From Macrostomum hystrix (taxonomy: Eukaryota; Animalia; Platyhelminthes): a DNA stretch of 64,000 nt. A program made the translations under genes and the position numbers. The DNA lies in contig CATNEN010000038.1 in the NCBI GenBank assembly GCA_950097015.1, forward strand, positions 25,420,001 to 25,484,000, read 5' to 3'. The notes below the pieces were generated by a model, which did no database searches, was not told where the DNA came from, and saw only the letters and a list, made by a program, of their open reading frames with translations. Below, one piece after another: positions 1 through 21,161 of the stretch. The first letter of the stretch is position 1, and each line of letters begins with the position of its first letter.

Positions 1-279
1 TTCATTCGATTTCATTGCATTCAAATGTTATTCAGTACCTTCGCCATCTTTATTTAATTACTATAAAGTTGCAGTGAATAGTGAATATTATAAACTTGAC
101 TTAATAAAACTGCTCAATCATGATTATGGTCAAATTCGATTCCTCTGGTGCAGTAATTTATCGACAATCTTAACTTGTTCTCTAGCTTATTTTATCAATG
201 ACATTTTTCACTGATCGCATTATTTTGTTATTCCTTCTGGATCCGATTTTAAGTTACATTTTCCCTAATCCTTGTTTCG

Positions 280-470
280 TTAATCCTCTGAGATACCATT
301 TTAAGTTAATCCTGACATTCAATTTTAGTTAATCCTCTCAGATCCTATTTCTAGTTTATCCTCTCAGATCACATTTTAGTTAATCCTCACATTCAATTTT
401 AGTTAATCCTCTCAGATCCTATTTCTAGTTTATCCTCTCAGATCACATTTTAGTTAACCCTCCCAGATCC
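280..470. repeat. Degenerate ~25-nt minisatellite (TTTTAGTTAATCCTCTCAGATC) upstream of the HAUS4-like exon
   Basis: Visible tandem periodicity. Confidence 0.7.
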
Positions 471-535
471 CATACGAATGTAATATCGGATCCCCTATTT
501 AGAAGTAGCCTTCTAAACATTTAATTTCAGCTAAA

Positions 536-2115
536 ATGTCCGTGACGTCATCCCATCAAGAAATTGACAGTACTTATTCGGCCGCAATGTACCTAAATCT
601 GGAGCGAATAGTTGCCTCTTCTGCCACGCGTTTGCGTCACGAATGCGAAATTGGTGACGCTACTGATAAGGCCATTGTGAGCTGGTTAAAATAATACTCT
701 ATCCATATATACTACTGATGCAAAGTAGTGAACTTATCGAGGCTTTTTAATTTAAATTTTAGTTTCACAAACAGCTGGTTGAGAGTTGGCTAGCTGCTCA
801 TCGAATCGCTGAGCAGTTACCTGCGGCTTCTTCTAGTTCCTTATCGAGTTCTTATGCAGATCTGCTTCTAGCTCAACTGCGTCTTGTTATCAAACAGGAG
901 GTTAAGCTGGTCGCTGATGCAACTCGAACGGTTGCTAGGGACAACCAACAGGTCGTAAGCGGGGTGTCGCAACAGCTGGAATCGGCTAGACTTGAGAGAC
1001 TGCGCCTGCTGGATGAGGCTGAAGAGACTGCGACTCGTTTGGACAGGGTTAGCTGGGGGACGTGGGATAATCTGATGGGGATGAAAGGACAGAATCGATG
1101 CGGTAAAAAGAGAGAAGTACCAATATGGGAAGAGAGGGAATAATTTATAGAGGGGAGGATCGATAAGGGAATAAAGGGGATAATCTATAGATAGGAGGAT
1201 CGATAAGGGAAGAAAGGGGATAATCTATAGATAGGAGGATCGATGAGGGAATAAAGGGGATAATCTATAGATAGGAGGATCGATAAGGGAAGAAAGCGGA
1301 TAATTTATAGAGGGGAGGATCGATAAATCGATAAAAAGGGATAAATCTTTAATCATCTGCAGGCCGTGACGCAACTAACGGAGTCCGTGCTGGACTTGGT
1401 GCCATCGTCGGCGACCAGCCCAGACCCAGCCGAGTCGTCAACTCTGCGCGAGACTCAACGGCTGCGGTCCCACTGCGCCACCCTGCTGGCCAAGCTGCGT
1501 CTGGACTCCGGTCAGGTCAGGCAGGCCACATACAGTGCCGAGAAGCTGCAACGACTGCGGCATGTTCAGTGAGTAAGCTTGTTTTCTTATAATGAAAACG
1601 GTGTTACATTTAACACTTGATCACGTTCAGTTAAAAGCTCCAATGTCTCATCTCTCCCCTGTCTCATCTCTCCCCTGTCTCATCTATCCTGTCTTATCTC
1701 TCCCGTCTCATCTCTTCTCTTCTCTCCCGTCTCATCTCTTCTCATCTCTCCCGTCTCATCTCTCCCCAGTCTGCTATCTCCCCGTCTTATCTTTCTTCTA
1801 TCTCATCTCTCTCGTGCCTTATCTCCTAATTAGTTACCTATAAGTAAGTCCTCTAACGAATGCGGTCACCTGAGCCCCCTGCCACTCAACCCCCTGTTAT
1901 CTCACGAATCTCCGTCATCCTCGCCTAGGTCTAAGCTTGCCGCGGAGCGGGCCAGTTTACTTTCCGAAATCGAACGCCTTCGCCAGCTGTCGCTCAGCTA
2001 TCAGGCTGTCGAATCACAGCCGGAGTATCGGCGCCTGCTGGCCGCTCACACTGAGCTGGCCAAGTCTGTTCAACTGCTGAAGTACAGCCTCGGCTACGAG
2101 ACTGCGAATTCCTAA
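536..2115 (+). CDS. HAUS4: HAUS augmin-like complex subunit 4-like coiled-coil protein; exons 536-676, 763-1047, 1363-1568, 1929-2115 (~272 aa; further 5' exon or trans-splice possible)
   Basis: Four exons join in frame across GT-AG introns. The C-terminal HCATLLAKLRLDSGQVRQATYSAEKLQRLRHVQSKL...LSYQAVESQPEYRRLLAAHTELAKSVQLLKYSL resembles, from memory, the HAUS4 C-terminus (KC..M.LKLR......DTY..EK...Y......EF..L...Y..L....W.L). Confidence 0.65.
1128..1345. repeat. 40-nt purine-rich minisatellite in HAUS4-like intron 2
   Basis: GATCGATAAGGGAATAAAGGGGATAATCTATAGATAGGAG x ~5. Confidence 0.85.
1645..1830. repeat. 16-nt minisatellite GTCTCATCTCTCCCCT in HAUS4-like intron 3
   Basis: Tandem units; the same unit occurs at 55195-55505. 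Confidence 0.8.
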
Positions 2116-2562
2116 GCTGTCTGTCTGTCATCCCTGTCAAAGAATAGGGTGCCGCTTCTTTGGCTGCTGCTTTGGTGTCCATTTTGGCCAATGCCAGCTG
2201 AAATTGGCCTCCGATGTCGTCAATGTAACAAATGTCGCGCCGACTTTTACTAGAAAATTTCGCGGAATGCGCGCCGTGAAGCGATGTAAATAAAATAAAA
2301 CAAATAAAATACGTATATTTCTTCGAGCTGACGTTCTGCATTATTTATAATTATAACATGAGTTTTCCAGGAGAAAGAATGAGATTTCCAGGGATTACAT
2401 AATGCTCGTACTTTGAGGGTATAGCATGAATTATCGAGAGAAAAAATTATCGAGGGGGAAGTATGAATTATCGAGGGAGGTTCGATATTTAAAATTCTTC
2501 TTCTCAGTGCTTTAAAGCGTAATTTTCTTCCCCTATTAGGGGTCTTGGTCGCTAGTGTTATA

Positions 2563-4379
2563 CTAACAGCGGGTGGCATTTCCGAACAGAACAAAACGGA
2601 ACATTTCGCCTAGCATGGAGTCCAGGGTGCAAATTGAGGTTGAATTATACTGGACCGGATGAAAGCGGTACCAAAGGTGCATCACGTAGTTGTTCTCTCG
2701 CCACGGCCATCGTTGGGCCGGTTTGTAGATGACCGGGTGCTCATTCCAGCTCGGCTTGTCCATGCTGTACTCCTCCACGTGGCACAGGTGTTTGAAGGCG
2801 GTCGCTGAGCACATGTAGTGCGGCAGATTCACTGATAGGGCTGACCATCTATTGTGGTCGAACACCTGATAGGCCAGGTGCCACAGCGCCAAGAATGTGC
2901 TGTTCGGCGCGCTTAAGAAGACGCCGTTGCACAGTCCGTCGGCCGACTGTCGCCCGATGGTGAAGTTGAATTGGCGCAGCGGCGTCAGCGGCTTCAGCGT
3001 GATGACGTCCAAGTCGAAGTAGGCGCCGCCGAATGCTAGCACCGCTTCTAGGCGCATAAGGTCTGACTTGTGCTCGAGCTTGTACACCGGCAGGCCGTAG
3101 ATGTCCGACGGGACACTTCGGTGGGCGAGCACCACGGTGGAGTTCCACAGTCCGGCAGCGGTGAGGTTCCGCTGCAGCTGGAGCCAGTGCGGTCCAGTTG
3201 GCAGCCTGGAGTACCACAGGAACAGTAGGGCAGGCCGCATGATCCACACGCAGCTGAGGATGCAGACGCTGTGATGAAACTGCAGCTCCGGGTTGCCAAT
3301 CGGCAGCACAAAGTGGGCCACGTTGGGCACTGCCAGCCGACCGTCGCCATTGCCAATCGCCAGCAGCTCCTCGTGCGAGTAGACGTGCCCGGATGGCGAC
3401 CGCAGGCTCCACGAGCTCGCATTCATGACAGGACGCCTGGCCTTCATCAATTCGTCAACTCGATTCCAATGACCGGTTAGCCGAATTTGCTTGCGAAAGA
3501 TATGTTTCAACTCTTTAAAGTGCAAATCTATAAACTCGGCGTCAATTGGTCTAGAGGACGAATCAAATTTCTGAGCCTCTGTATTAGGTTCATCAGCTGC
3601 CGCAGTTGTGGCTTTAATTGTTGTTCTTACTTTAGTTCGCGTTGCTGTTTGAATAGCATCCGTTGAACCTGTACATACGAGGTGTTAGTGTTTTGAACGT
3701 TAAATCGTATGATGCATAACATCAAACTTCTGCCTGCCTTCTAATTTCGAGCGGAGCGAGTTTTTTGGTTTATGATGGCCCGGTAGGTCTAATGTGCCAA
3801 ACCCCCTTTTTCTCAGCTCGTACCCTACCGGTTTTCTTGGGACTTGCGCCATTCGATTCGTCATCGAAAATTAGTTTGGGATCACCAAAACAGACTTGCA
3901 ACATATCCATTGCTTCATAATCAACTATTGCTTTTGATCTGGAGCAAGTAAACATCCGTTTATCTTAGTACAGCATGCCCAACATTAAGCTCCATTGTTT
4001 TTAAATAGCTTTGTTTGTAAAAGTCTTATTTTCATATATATATATATTATATAATAGTGTCTTGAATCTATATAGACTATAGACTAGGGGTCTACGACAA
4101 TTGCCTGCGCACAACTGACTGCGAGACAACTGACTGCGCGACGACTGCCTGCGCGACGACTGCCTGCGCGACAACTGCCTGCGCGACAACTGCCTGCAGC
4201 GAAAACTGCCTGCAGCGACAACTGCCTGCACGACAGCTGCCTGCAGCGACAATAGTTTTGTCAAACTATTTAGCTAATTTGTTAATTTAAACAATTTAGG
4301 CCAAATTAAGAATATTTAGCTATCATATTTTGAGCCATTAAATGTGCTAGTCTATAGTGATATAGATTCAAGACACTAT

Positions 4380-4419
<40 letters not shown>

Positions 4420-5865
4420 AAAAAGACTTTAAAGAAAATAAGACTTTATTAACAAAGCTATATAAAAACAATGGAGCTTAATGTTGGGCATGTTGTACTA
4501 AGAAAAACGGATTTGTACTTGCTCCAGATCAAAAGCAATAGTTGATTATGTGCTGAAAAAATGACTTTATCCTATCTCCAGTGTATTTTTTCCAGGAAAT
4601 CGGCCTTCAAAAATTTACACGATCTTTGAGTTTCCCGTCCTGTTATACTACAGTGGTCCTTGTATTTTTGGTCTATGGTAGACAAAACTTCAGACTGCCC
4701 CCCGTGGTTAATATCCATAGACTAAAGCACATAGCGATGTTCTTCTGCACAATTTTTGAGTGTTGATGTCATTTCAGCGTTTCAGGAATAGCTCAGTCAG
4801 GACAGAAACTCGGCTTCGCCTCGGTCAATAAATTTGCGCCTCGAGCCTTCCACCATATGAAGCCGAAATAATAAATGGAAAATATGCATTTAGTTTACTA
4901 GACACTAGATCAATTAAGAACGAACTTTTATGCAAAAAATGTGCATTTAATTAATAATAATAATATAATTAATAATTGATTACACCTGCCCCAATTGGGT
5001 CAGATGTGCAGCCGACAGCACAGCCGCAGCTATTGCGCGGCGCATCTGAAGGCTGCGTACAGCTGTTCAGTCCACGGACTGGGGGGACGCCACACCCACC
5101 TTCAATTATCCCAGCTGATGCTGGTACCCATTTAACAGCTGGGTGAACTGAAGCAATGCAGAGTTAAGTGTCTTGCTAAAGGACGCAAATTGTTCCAGTG
5201 GAGTCGGGAATCGAACCCCCGACCTTCAAGTCGTGAGTCCGACGCCCTAACCACTAGGCTACAACCTCTACAAGCTGTGCATTTAAGTTACTATATGCAA
5301 GCTATCTGTTTATCTATCTGCCAATAATTTTATCTGTCTTGCCGCTGCAATAATGTAAACAAAAATGTACAATTAAAAAATCAAAATGGCATACCTACGG
5401 CCTCAGTCGTACCTTTTGCTCCAGATTTCCAAGGCCCATTTAGTTTGCCTTTTTTATCAAAGGCCAATTGCTTTCTGTAACCTAGAACAACTGCAATAGT
5501 TCCGCTAATCAGTAATATTATGAGCAGTTTTCTGAGTCTTAAAAATATACTCATGTCTTACGCTCTCTTAGTAGGCAGTGTAGGCCTACTGGAACTCGAT
5601 AGGCTTGGCCGGATTATTTTAGTCAGGTTATTACATATAGTACTGACGTACATATCTGCTGCAATTTGCTACAGCTCACAGAATCAGGTACACCGATCGC
5701 TATATGAGACACTGGGTCGTTGACATGACGCCCGGGACGATAAACAATAATTAGACAACTCACAAGCACAGAGCAAGCAAGTGAGTAATACGAGCTACAT
5801 AAGGCTCGCTTATGAGTTCTTATCAATAGCTCTTTCCATCTTACTGCTGCTTTTGTGCAATGCAG
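2563..5865 (-). CDS. GT32-family (DXD, Gly_transf_sug) type II membrane glycosyltransferase, alpha-1,4-GlcNAc/Gal-transferase-like; exons 5865-5652, 5481-5395, 3668-2563
   Basis: Motifs VPNVAHFV, HKSDLMRLEAVLAFGGAYFDLDV (DXD), LCNGVFLSAPNSTFLALW, YVMHLW. The large exon extends upstream into a Thr-rich stem to an AG at 3670-3669. The two upstream exons join in phase 1 and supply a TM segment (SLACSVLVSCLIIVY). No in-frame ATG in the first exon. The catalytic exon is secure; the 5' exons less so. Confidence 0.8.
3916..4550. mobile_element. Foldback/MITE-like element in a GT32 intron: long inverted arms (3916-4087 / 4347-4550) enclosing a short GCGACAACTGCCTGC-type tandem repeat
   Basis: The arms are reverse complements (CATAATCAACTATTGCTTTTGATCTGGAGCAAG... 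/ ...CTTGCTCCAGATCAAAAGCAATAGTTGATTATG). No clear TSD. Confidence 0.7.
4950..5267 (-). mobile_element. tRNA-derived SINE (family A) with CORE-like central domain
   Basis: On the minus strand: A box TAGCCTAGTGG and B box GGTTCGATTCC, then CTTTAGCAAGACACTTAACTC...CACCCAGCTGTTAAATGGGTACC and an AT-rich tail. A related fragment lies at ~60075-60178. Confidence 0.75.
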
Positions 5866-6299
5866 CTGAAGCACACTCAGTATGGTTGCTTAGCCAAATG
5901 GAGAAGCTGCAATGAATATAGCTTATCGCGGAGTACACTTCACTCCGATATGCAAGCTAGTCTAGCCTGACCCTTGCCCTCTAGAACCTTCTTAGCATTT
6001 GTTGTCTGTTAAATAGAAAAGCGTGTATACCCCGATGAGCAGGAACAATAGAAAAAAGCATTGTGAAGGGTAGACTGTCGCGAGGCACATGCTAATCTTT
6101 TTATTAATGCAGAAGTTAAAAAGTGAATAATTCAGTCTTATACTATAATTAAATTTCGGTAGTATTGGACAGTGAGTAAATATATATTTATATAATAGTC
6201 CTTATTATAGCATGTAATTTATATTTAAACAAACTTTATTTTAAATATTTTAAGTGCGGATGGAGACAGCTTTAATTTAGCTCAGGGCGACGGGTGGGA

Positions 6300-6565
6300 G
6301 GGAGCTAGAGCAAGAGTGTTAAACCCGCCAGCCAATCCGCGCGCGTTACGGGGTAGGACAAACTTGTCACAGATAAAACTATAGGGACAGAGATATATAG
6401 CGAAAAATGGCAAGCCAATCGGCTAAGAGCTAGGGACACAAAAGTTTGGGGAGGGGGTTTAGCCAATGAGCTGCCATCGATCGCGATATAAATCAGCGAC
6501 TAAAGGCAATAAAATACGCGATGTGCAAGAAGATGAAGAAGCAAATATCCAGTAAAATGGCAATT
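6300..6565 (+). promoter_or_regulatory. Probable (bidirectional) promoter between the divergent GT32 and PKC genes
   Basis: Three CCAAT boxes (6332, 6415, 6463), TATAAA at 6487 and AAAATGGC (YY1-like) motifs, in a CpG-containing patch within AT-rich DNA. Confidence 0.45.
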
Positions 6566-8702
6566 TACGCTAGCATATGCTACGATCAGAATCGTCATTT
6601 TACGCTCGTACTATTAAAAGTAGTCTGACCAGCTAGTATTTTGCGATCCTTTTCTTTTTTCTACGTCAAGTTCACAGTTTTTAAGCCGTATATTCCCTTT
6701 TCTCCCAAATTAATGTACTTGCACTAGTGCATTTCAAAAAGCCATGGAAACCAGGAATTTTTTATATATATATGATTTTCTATCGGATTGCAATTAAAAG
6801 AAGACGAAGAAATCAGATTTACGTTAGCGTTCCAAAGAAGTCGTGTCTAAAACAACAATCCGGCGGTAATATAAACTGATCAAAATTGACTATGTCTGGC
6901 AGAACATTCAACTTCTGCCTGCCAATACTTGCCTCCGTCTTGCTCCTGCTTGGTAAGCATAAACCTGTCTGTCTGTCTGTCTGTCTGCCTGTTTTTTGTC
7001 TCTCTGCCTGTCTGTCCGTGCTTATTTGGACTCCGCAGGGACCGCGTAGGCGCGGACAGGGACGATCGGCCCGTATATCCACCTGCTCTTCTCTGACGCG
7101 CGCGCCCGAGCATATTATGCTCGTTAGCATATTAATGCATATAATAATATTATTATTATGTTTACTTGGTAGTAAGCATGTATATGTTCACACGTCAAAG
7201 ATTCCGGGTTTATTTTTACTAGTAAGAAAAGCAAAGTTTTCTTTTTTGTAAATAGTTTCTCATTTTTAAATGTTTCTTTTTTTACAATTATAGTTCTTTG
7301 TTTTGTTTTTTTACAGATAATCAAATAAAATTATAGGTGCTGATAAAAATATTATTTTTTCAACTCTGTCATGTTTTGTTTATTGAGTAATTAAATTCGC
7401 GGGGATAGACACCTGGATATGATTCTACTTCTGAGCAGTAAGCAGTAAGTGCAGTAAGATAAGTAAGATAAGCAGTAAGTAAAATTGTTTGAAACATTGT
7501 ATATATTTATATATTTTTTTTAAAACAAATTTATTTTTAACAATAAGTGGTTGCCACTTTATATGGCATTCAAAACATTTTTTGAAGGGCTTTCATAATT
7601 TTTATTTATTTAATTTGTTTGCTGCAGCAACTATGTATTAAGGATTTACATTGTATATCTCTATCTAAATGTTAGATGTTATTATTTTCAATAATAAACA
7701 GAATTTTTTTTGAGTTGAGAAAAAACACTTTTGTGGTGCCAATAAATTAGCATTAGCAATATAGTAATAGCAATGGTATATTTATATTAATAGTTGTGGT
7801 AAATACTTTTAAATGATATGTTTAACATAATATTCTATGATTGTTTATAACAATACCTAATAATATCAATGACAGTTATATCAATATTCTGTGTATATAG
7901 TAATCATTATTACTTATTTATTGTTAGGTGCTTTTGTTCAGAAGAGAAAGGTACACTGGATTAATCTGGGGTACACTCACAATTTTTTGTGTATAGTAAC
8001 GATTGGCCTACTTTAAGATTGATATGCACATATTTCCTCTAAATCCAGATTTACTCCAGCTTACTCTCAGGGTGTTCCCGACTATGGGTTAGAAGTGGTG
8101 TCGAGTTAAGTAAAGTATAGTAAAGTTACATGGGATAGAAATGTTACCATTTTGTTCTGTTTTATAGGAGATATTATAATTACCTTTAAATCAACAAAGC
8201 AGGATACATTTTTTTAGAATATTTGCATTAATATTTTTTGCTCTTTTTATTCACTTTGTTAATAAAATGTACTTTCATATTCTGTCTATGATAGTATCTT
8301 GTGATTTGCATGCTTATTAATTTTATGTCTATGTCTATGTGTAGTCTATAATGTTTCATCCAAGGTTCCTAGTGCAAATAATTATCTGTGTCACACATAG
8401 TTAGTTATAAATAAGAAAGTAAGTTTTATTTTATTAGAATTAGACTAATAATTACCACTAAGTTTTCATATACTACTAACTTATGGCTTTATAATGTGCT
8501 TTTATCAAACCTTTTAGAAATCTAACAAAGTTTAAAGTGCTTAAACCTTTTAAGTGGTGTCTTATTGAAGTTACAATGCAATTAAAGCTTCATCTAGCTA
8601 GATGTCTCAGAACAGACAATAGATCCTTTGATTAAGCATTCATTCTCCCAGATCCTCAGATAAAGTAGCAAAAAATGGACACTTCCTGTGGATTAATTTC
8701 AG

Positions 8703-18246
<9,544 letters not shown>

Positions 18247-18488
18247 GAACACTTTCTGCCTTCTCAATTGTGCGGCTTTGCTGTGTGCTCGTTATAACTA
18301 GTTTATAACTAATTATATGATGCAACTTTTTAATTAGTCTATTAACTAACTGATTAGATTAAACATTAGTCACATTAATTTTTTGTCTTTGTCTTTTTTA
18401 TGTTTTTTTATTTGCACTTTCAAATTCTAGTCTGCAAAAATACTTGCTTGCTTGCTTGCTTTTTAAAGAAATCACAGTTACACCTTAA

Positions 18489-18907
18489 CCCGCTAAAAAA
18501 TAGGGATGTTTCTTTGGGTGATTCCAGTTGGAATCTGCGGTGTTTCCAGAAAAAGAAACAGCCGAACGCTGGAAACATACCAATCGGATGATTCCATGCT
18601 TAGAATCTACCCAACTGGGCGTTTTCTCGGTGCTTCTTGGTGGCGAAATGGAATCACCCAAAGAATCCTCCAGTTCGGAAGATTCCATGCTCAGAAACCG
18701 CCGAGGAATCGCCCGAAAAGAATTCTCTGGTTGTCCCATGGGCCACTGGTTCGGGTGATTCTTCGGCGGTTTCCGCACAATTTACGGTTACACCGGCTGC
18801 TTCCTGGGTGGTTTCCTTAGCTCTTGTGAGATAGGGGGATTTTGGTAATTCCACTCCTATTTTGCACAAAAGACCCGCCGAAGAAGCAGCCGAATTTTTT
18901 TACAGGG
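18489..18907. mobile_element. Non-autonomous DNA transposon, CMC/EnSpm-like (CCC termini, 2-bp AA flanks)
   Basis: AA|CCCGCTAAAAAAT ... TTTTTTACAGGG|AA, with internal inverted sub-repeats (GAAACCGCCGAGGAATCGCCCGAA / TTCGGGTGATTCTTCGGCGGTTTC). Confidence 0.55.
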
Positions 18908-19519
18908 AATCCTACCCCGATCTCTCAACGTCTATCAACATCTCACAATAACTTTAGTTTCATTTCTATCGGGCAAAAAAACATTAAAGCAATAAAATAG
19001 AAAATTGATTACCATTTTTTCGAAACATATCGGCTAGTTGCTAATTTTAACAATCCATACTCTATTAACAAAATTTCTTTATTCTTAATTATATAGATCA
19101 TTGCGCTGTACAGCTTCATTGACCACCTGTTTAGCAATCAATTATGACACTGGCATTGACTAAGTGATTTCAATTTTGTCTGTTTACTCATGTAATACGT
19201 GCGCTTCTACTCGTATTTCTGACAGTTGAATTCATTTACATTGGTCTTTTGTATTTCTTAAACAACTTTTTACATAGTGATGTAATGTAACGTTTACTAT
19301 TTCATTTCGTTTGGTTTAAACTCAATGCTTTATTTTAGTTTTATCAATTTTAGATATTAAATCTGTGATCCGTTGTATTGACTTTATTTTCTGGCTATGT
19401 CTTTTGTTTAGTTGTTTTCTGTCTTTAAAAAATGCAATTTTAAATAGCTTTTGTTCTCGTATAATGAACAAAATTGTTTAACAAATGCAATAATAGAGAA
19501 CTAGCTGTTTGTGGTCATA

Positions 19520-19752
19520 CTTTTAGCATTAGATAATTTTATAACTTTTATCTAAACTTTTTTCATCCTCTTTACTATGACAGTAGTATAGTGTTGACAT
19601 GATGACACAATAATAGAGACATAAAAGTGATCTTTTAGCATTAGAAAACTTTATAACTTTTATCTAAACTTTTTTCATCCTCTTTACTATGACAGTAGTA
19701 TAGTGTTGACATGATGACACAATAATAGAGACATAAAAGTGATCTTTTAGCA
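19520..19752. repeat. Direct tandem duplication of ~112 bp (2 copies)
   Basis: CTTTTAGCATTAGA...GACATAAAAGTGAT occurs twice back to back. Confidence 0.85.
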
Positions 19753-20525
19753 GTATTAAGCTAAGCTTTTTATTTAGTCACGACACGCATTGACTGGACT
19801 GTTTTTTTAATCTTCTTAAACAACACTTGTTTTTGTTTCAGTTAAAGCTTATTTTATTTTCTCTGTTGTGGCCGTACTGAGACTTTGCAATTCGCATCTT
19901 TAAATTGTCTTATATACATGCGTAGAAATATTACTGCGAACAATCCGTATGCAACACTTGTGAAACCGTGTTGCAGCTTCTGTTTTTTATAAAAGAAACA
20001 TCGCGCACCACACTACATAGACAAGTTTGGCTTTATATTTAGTTTCGGATTTTTTCCCAGTCGTTTCTCTCTGACTCTCGCTTTCTGTCGATCTTTGGGT
20101 CCGCGATCCCAAAAAGGTTAATACTTGAATTTTACTGATGTCTATACGCCGCTATATTGTTTTAAAAAATTTTAACAATAAAATGATATTATGAGAGTTT
20201 AAACTGTTGACGTCCAGTTTTCAATGCAAACTCACATACGAATTTTTAAGCTTTATTAATTACACGCTGTTGGCGTTAGCTAGTAACAAATCTTTTAAGT
20301 TTGTATATGTGCTACCTGATATTAGCTCATTGTAACTGTACAGTCATTCGCATCCAGATTTTGTAAAGCAATCTAGTAACCCTTAAACATGTACGCAATC
20401 GACTTGTCTGCGGAATAAATCGACGACAAAAACACAGTACATACTACAACTACATATTATTTTCAAGAAGCTCGACGCGACGCACCTATAAACACCAGCA
20501 GTTACCGTATTATTAGCATTAATAT

Positions 20526-20962
20526 TGGTTTTCAACTTCGATTTCAAACTAAGTAACTTCTATTTCGTCTAGCATTTTTTCATCCGGCTTCAAACAGACT
20601 TTCAATATTAATAATTATTTTTGACACGTCAGACAAGACAATGGAGGACTCCATTGTCTGAAGAAAGCCAGAACGCGTAATGATGGATCAAGCCGTTTGC
20701 TTGTTGATCCCCAACTGGACAGCAAGCTGCAGCCAGTCAGCATTTTCTTCAAATGTCTCGACAATTGAAGAGACGAAATAGATGTTACTTTTTGTGAAAT
20801 TGATTTACCCTAACTTGGGCAGGCCGGTCTCGCGGACGAAATTGAAGTTACTAATCGGGTACACACGAGCAGCGGGCGAAATTAAAGTTACTAACGCCAG
20901 CCGGAGAGCCGCCGGGCGAAATTTAAGTTACTTAGTTAGTTTGAAATAGAAGTTGAAAACCA
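20526..20962. mobile_element. MITE with TIR TGGTTTTCAACTTC and AT flanks (PIF/ISL2EU-like by TSD)
   Basis: AT|TGGTTTTCAACTTCGATTTCAAACTAA ... TTAGTTTGAAATAGAAGTTGAAAACCA|AT, with internal repeats of GAAAT..AxGTTACT. Confidence 0.65.
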
Positions 20963-21075
20963 ATAGAGATAGATTAGATCGAGATTAGAGCAAAGCGTTG
21001 TGAGGAAATGTAATGCTACACCTTATCAACTTAATCGGCTTCGCGGAAAATTATCTACGCTGCGATTTCAGCACA

Positions 21076-21161
21076 GTTTGAGAGCATCTTGAAGGAGGAG
21101 GTTAGTTATCCCCGTCAAATGGGTGCTGTACCAAACGATTATCCCTTAATCCCCAAATCCC
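21076..21161 (+). other. Ectopic ~86-bp copy of the PKC exon/intron junction (source ~16070-16156)
   Basis: GTTTGAGAGCATCTTGAAGGAGGAGGTTAGTTATCCCCGTCAAATGGGTGCTG is shared exactly. Confidence 0.9.

Noticed and set aside
4790-4880. CTCGGCTTCGCCTCGG motif reminiscent of dispersed invertebrate transposon remnants
   Set aside because: Too short, with no termini or second copy in the window.
5195-5267. Possible tRNA genes (also ~29517-29590, ~60075-60125, ~62085-62285)
   Set aside because: A/B boxes are present but no convincing cloverleaf or acceptor stem; they are attached to SINE bodies and tails or are decayed fragments.
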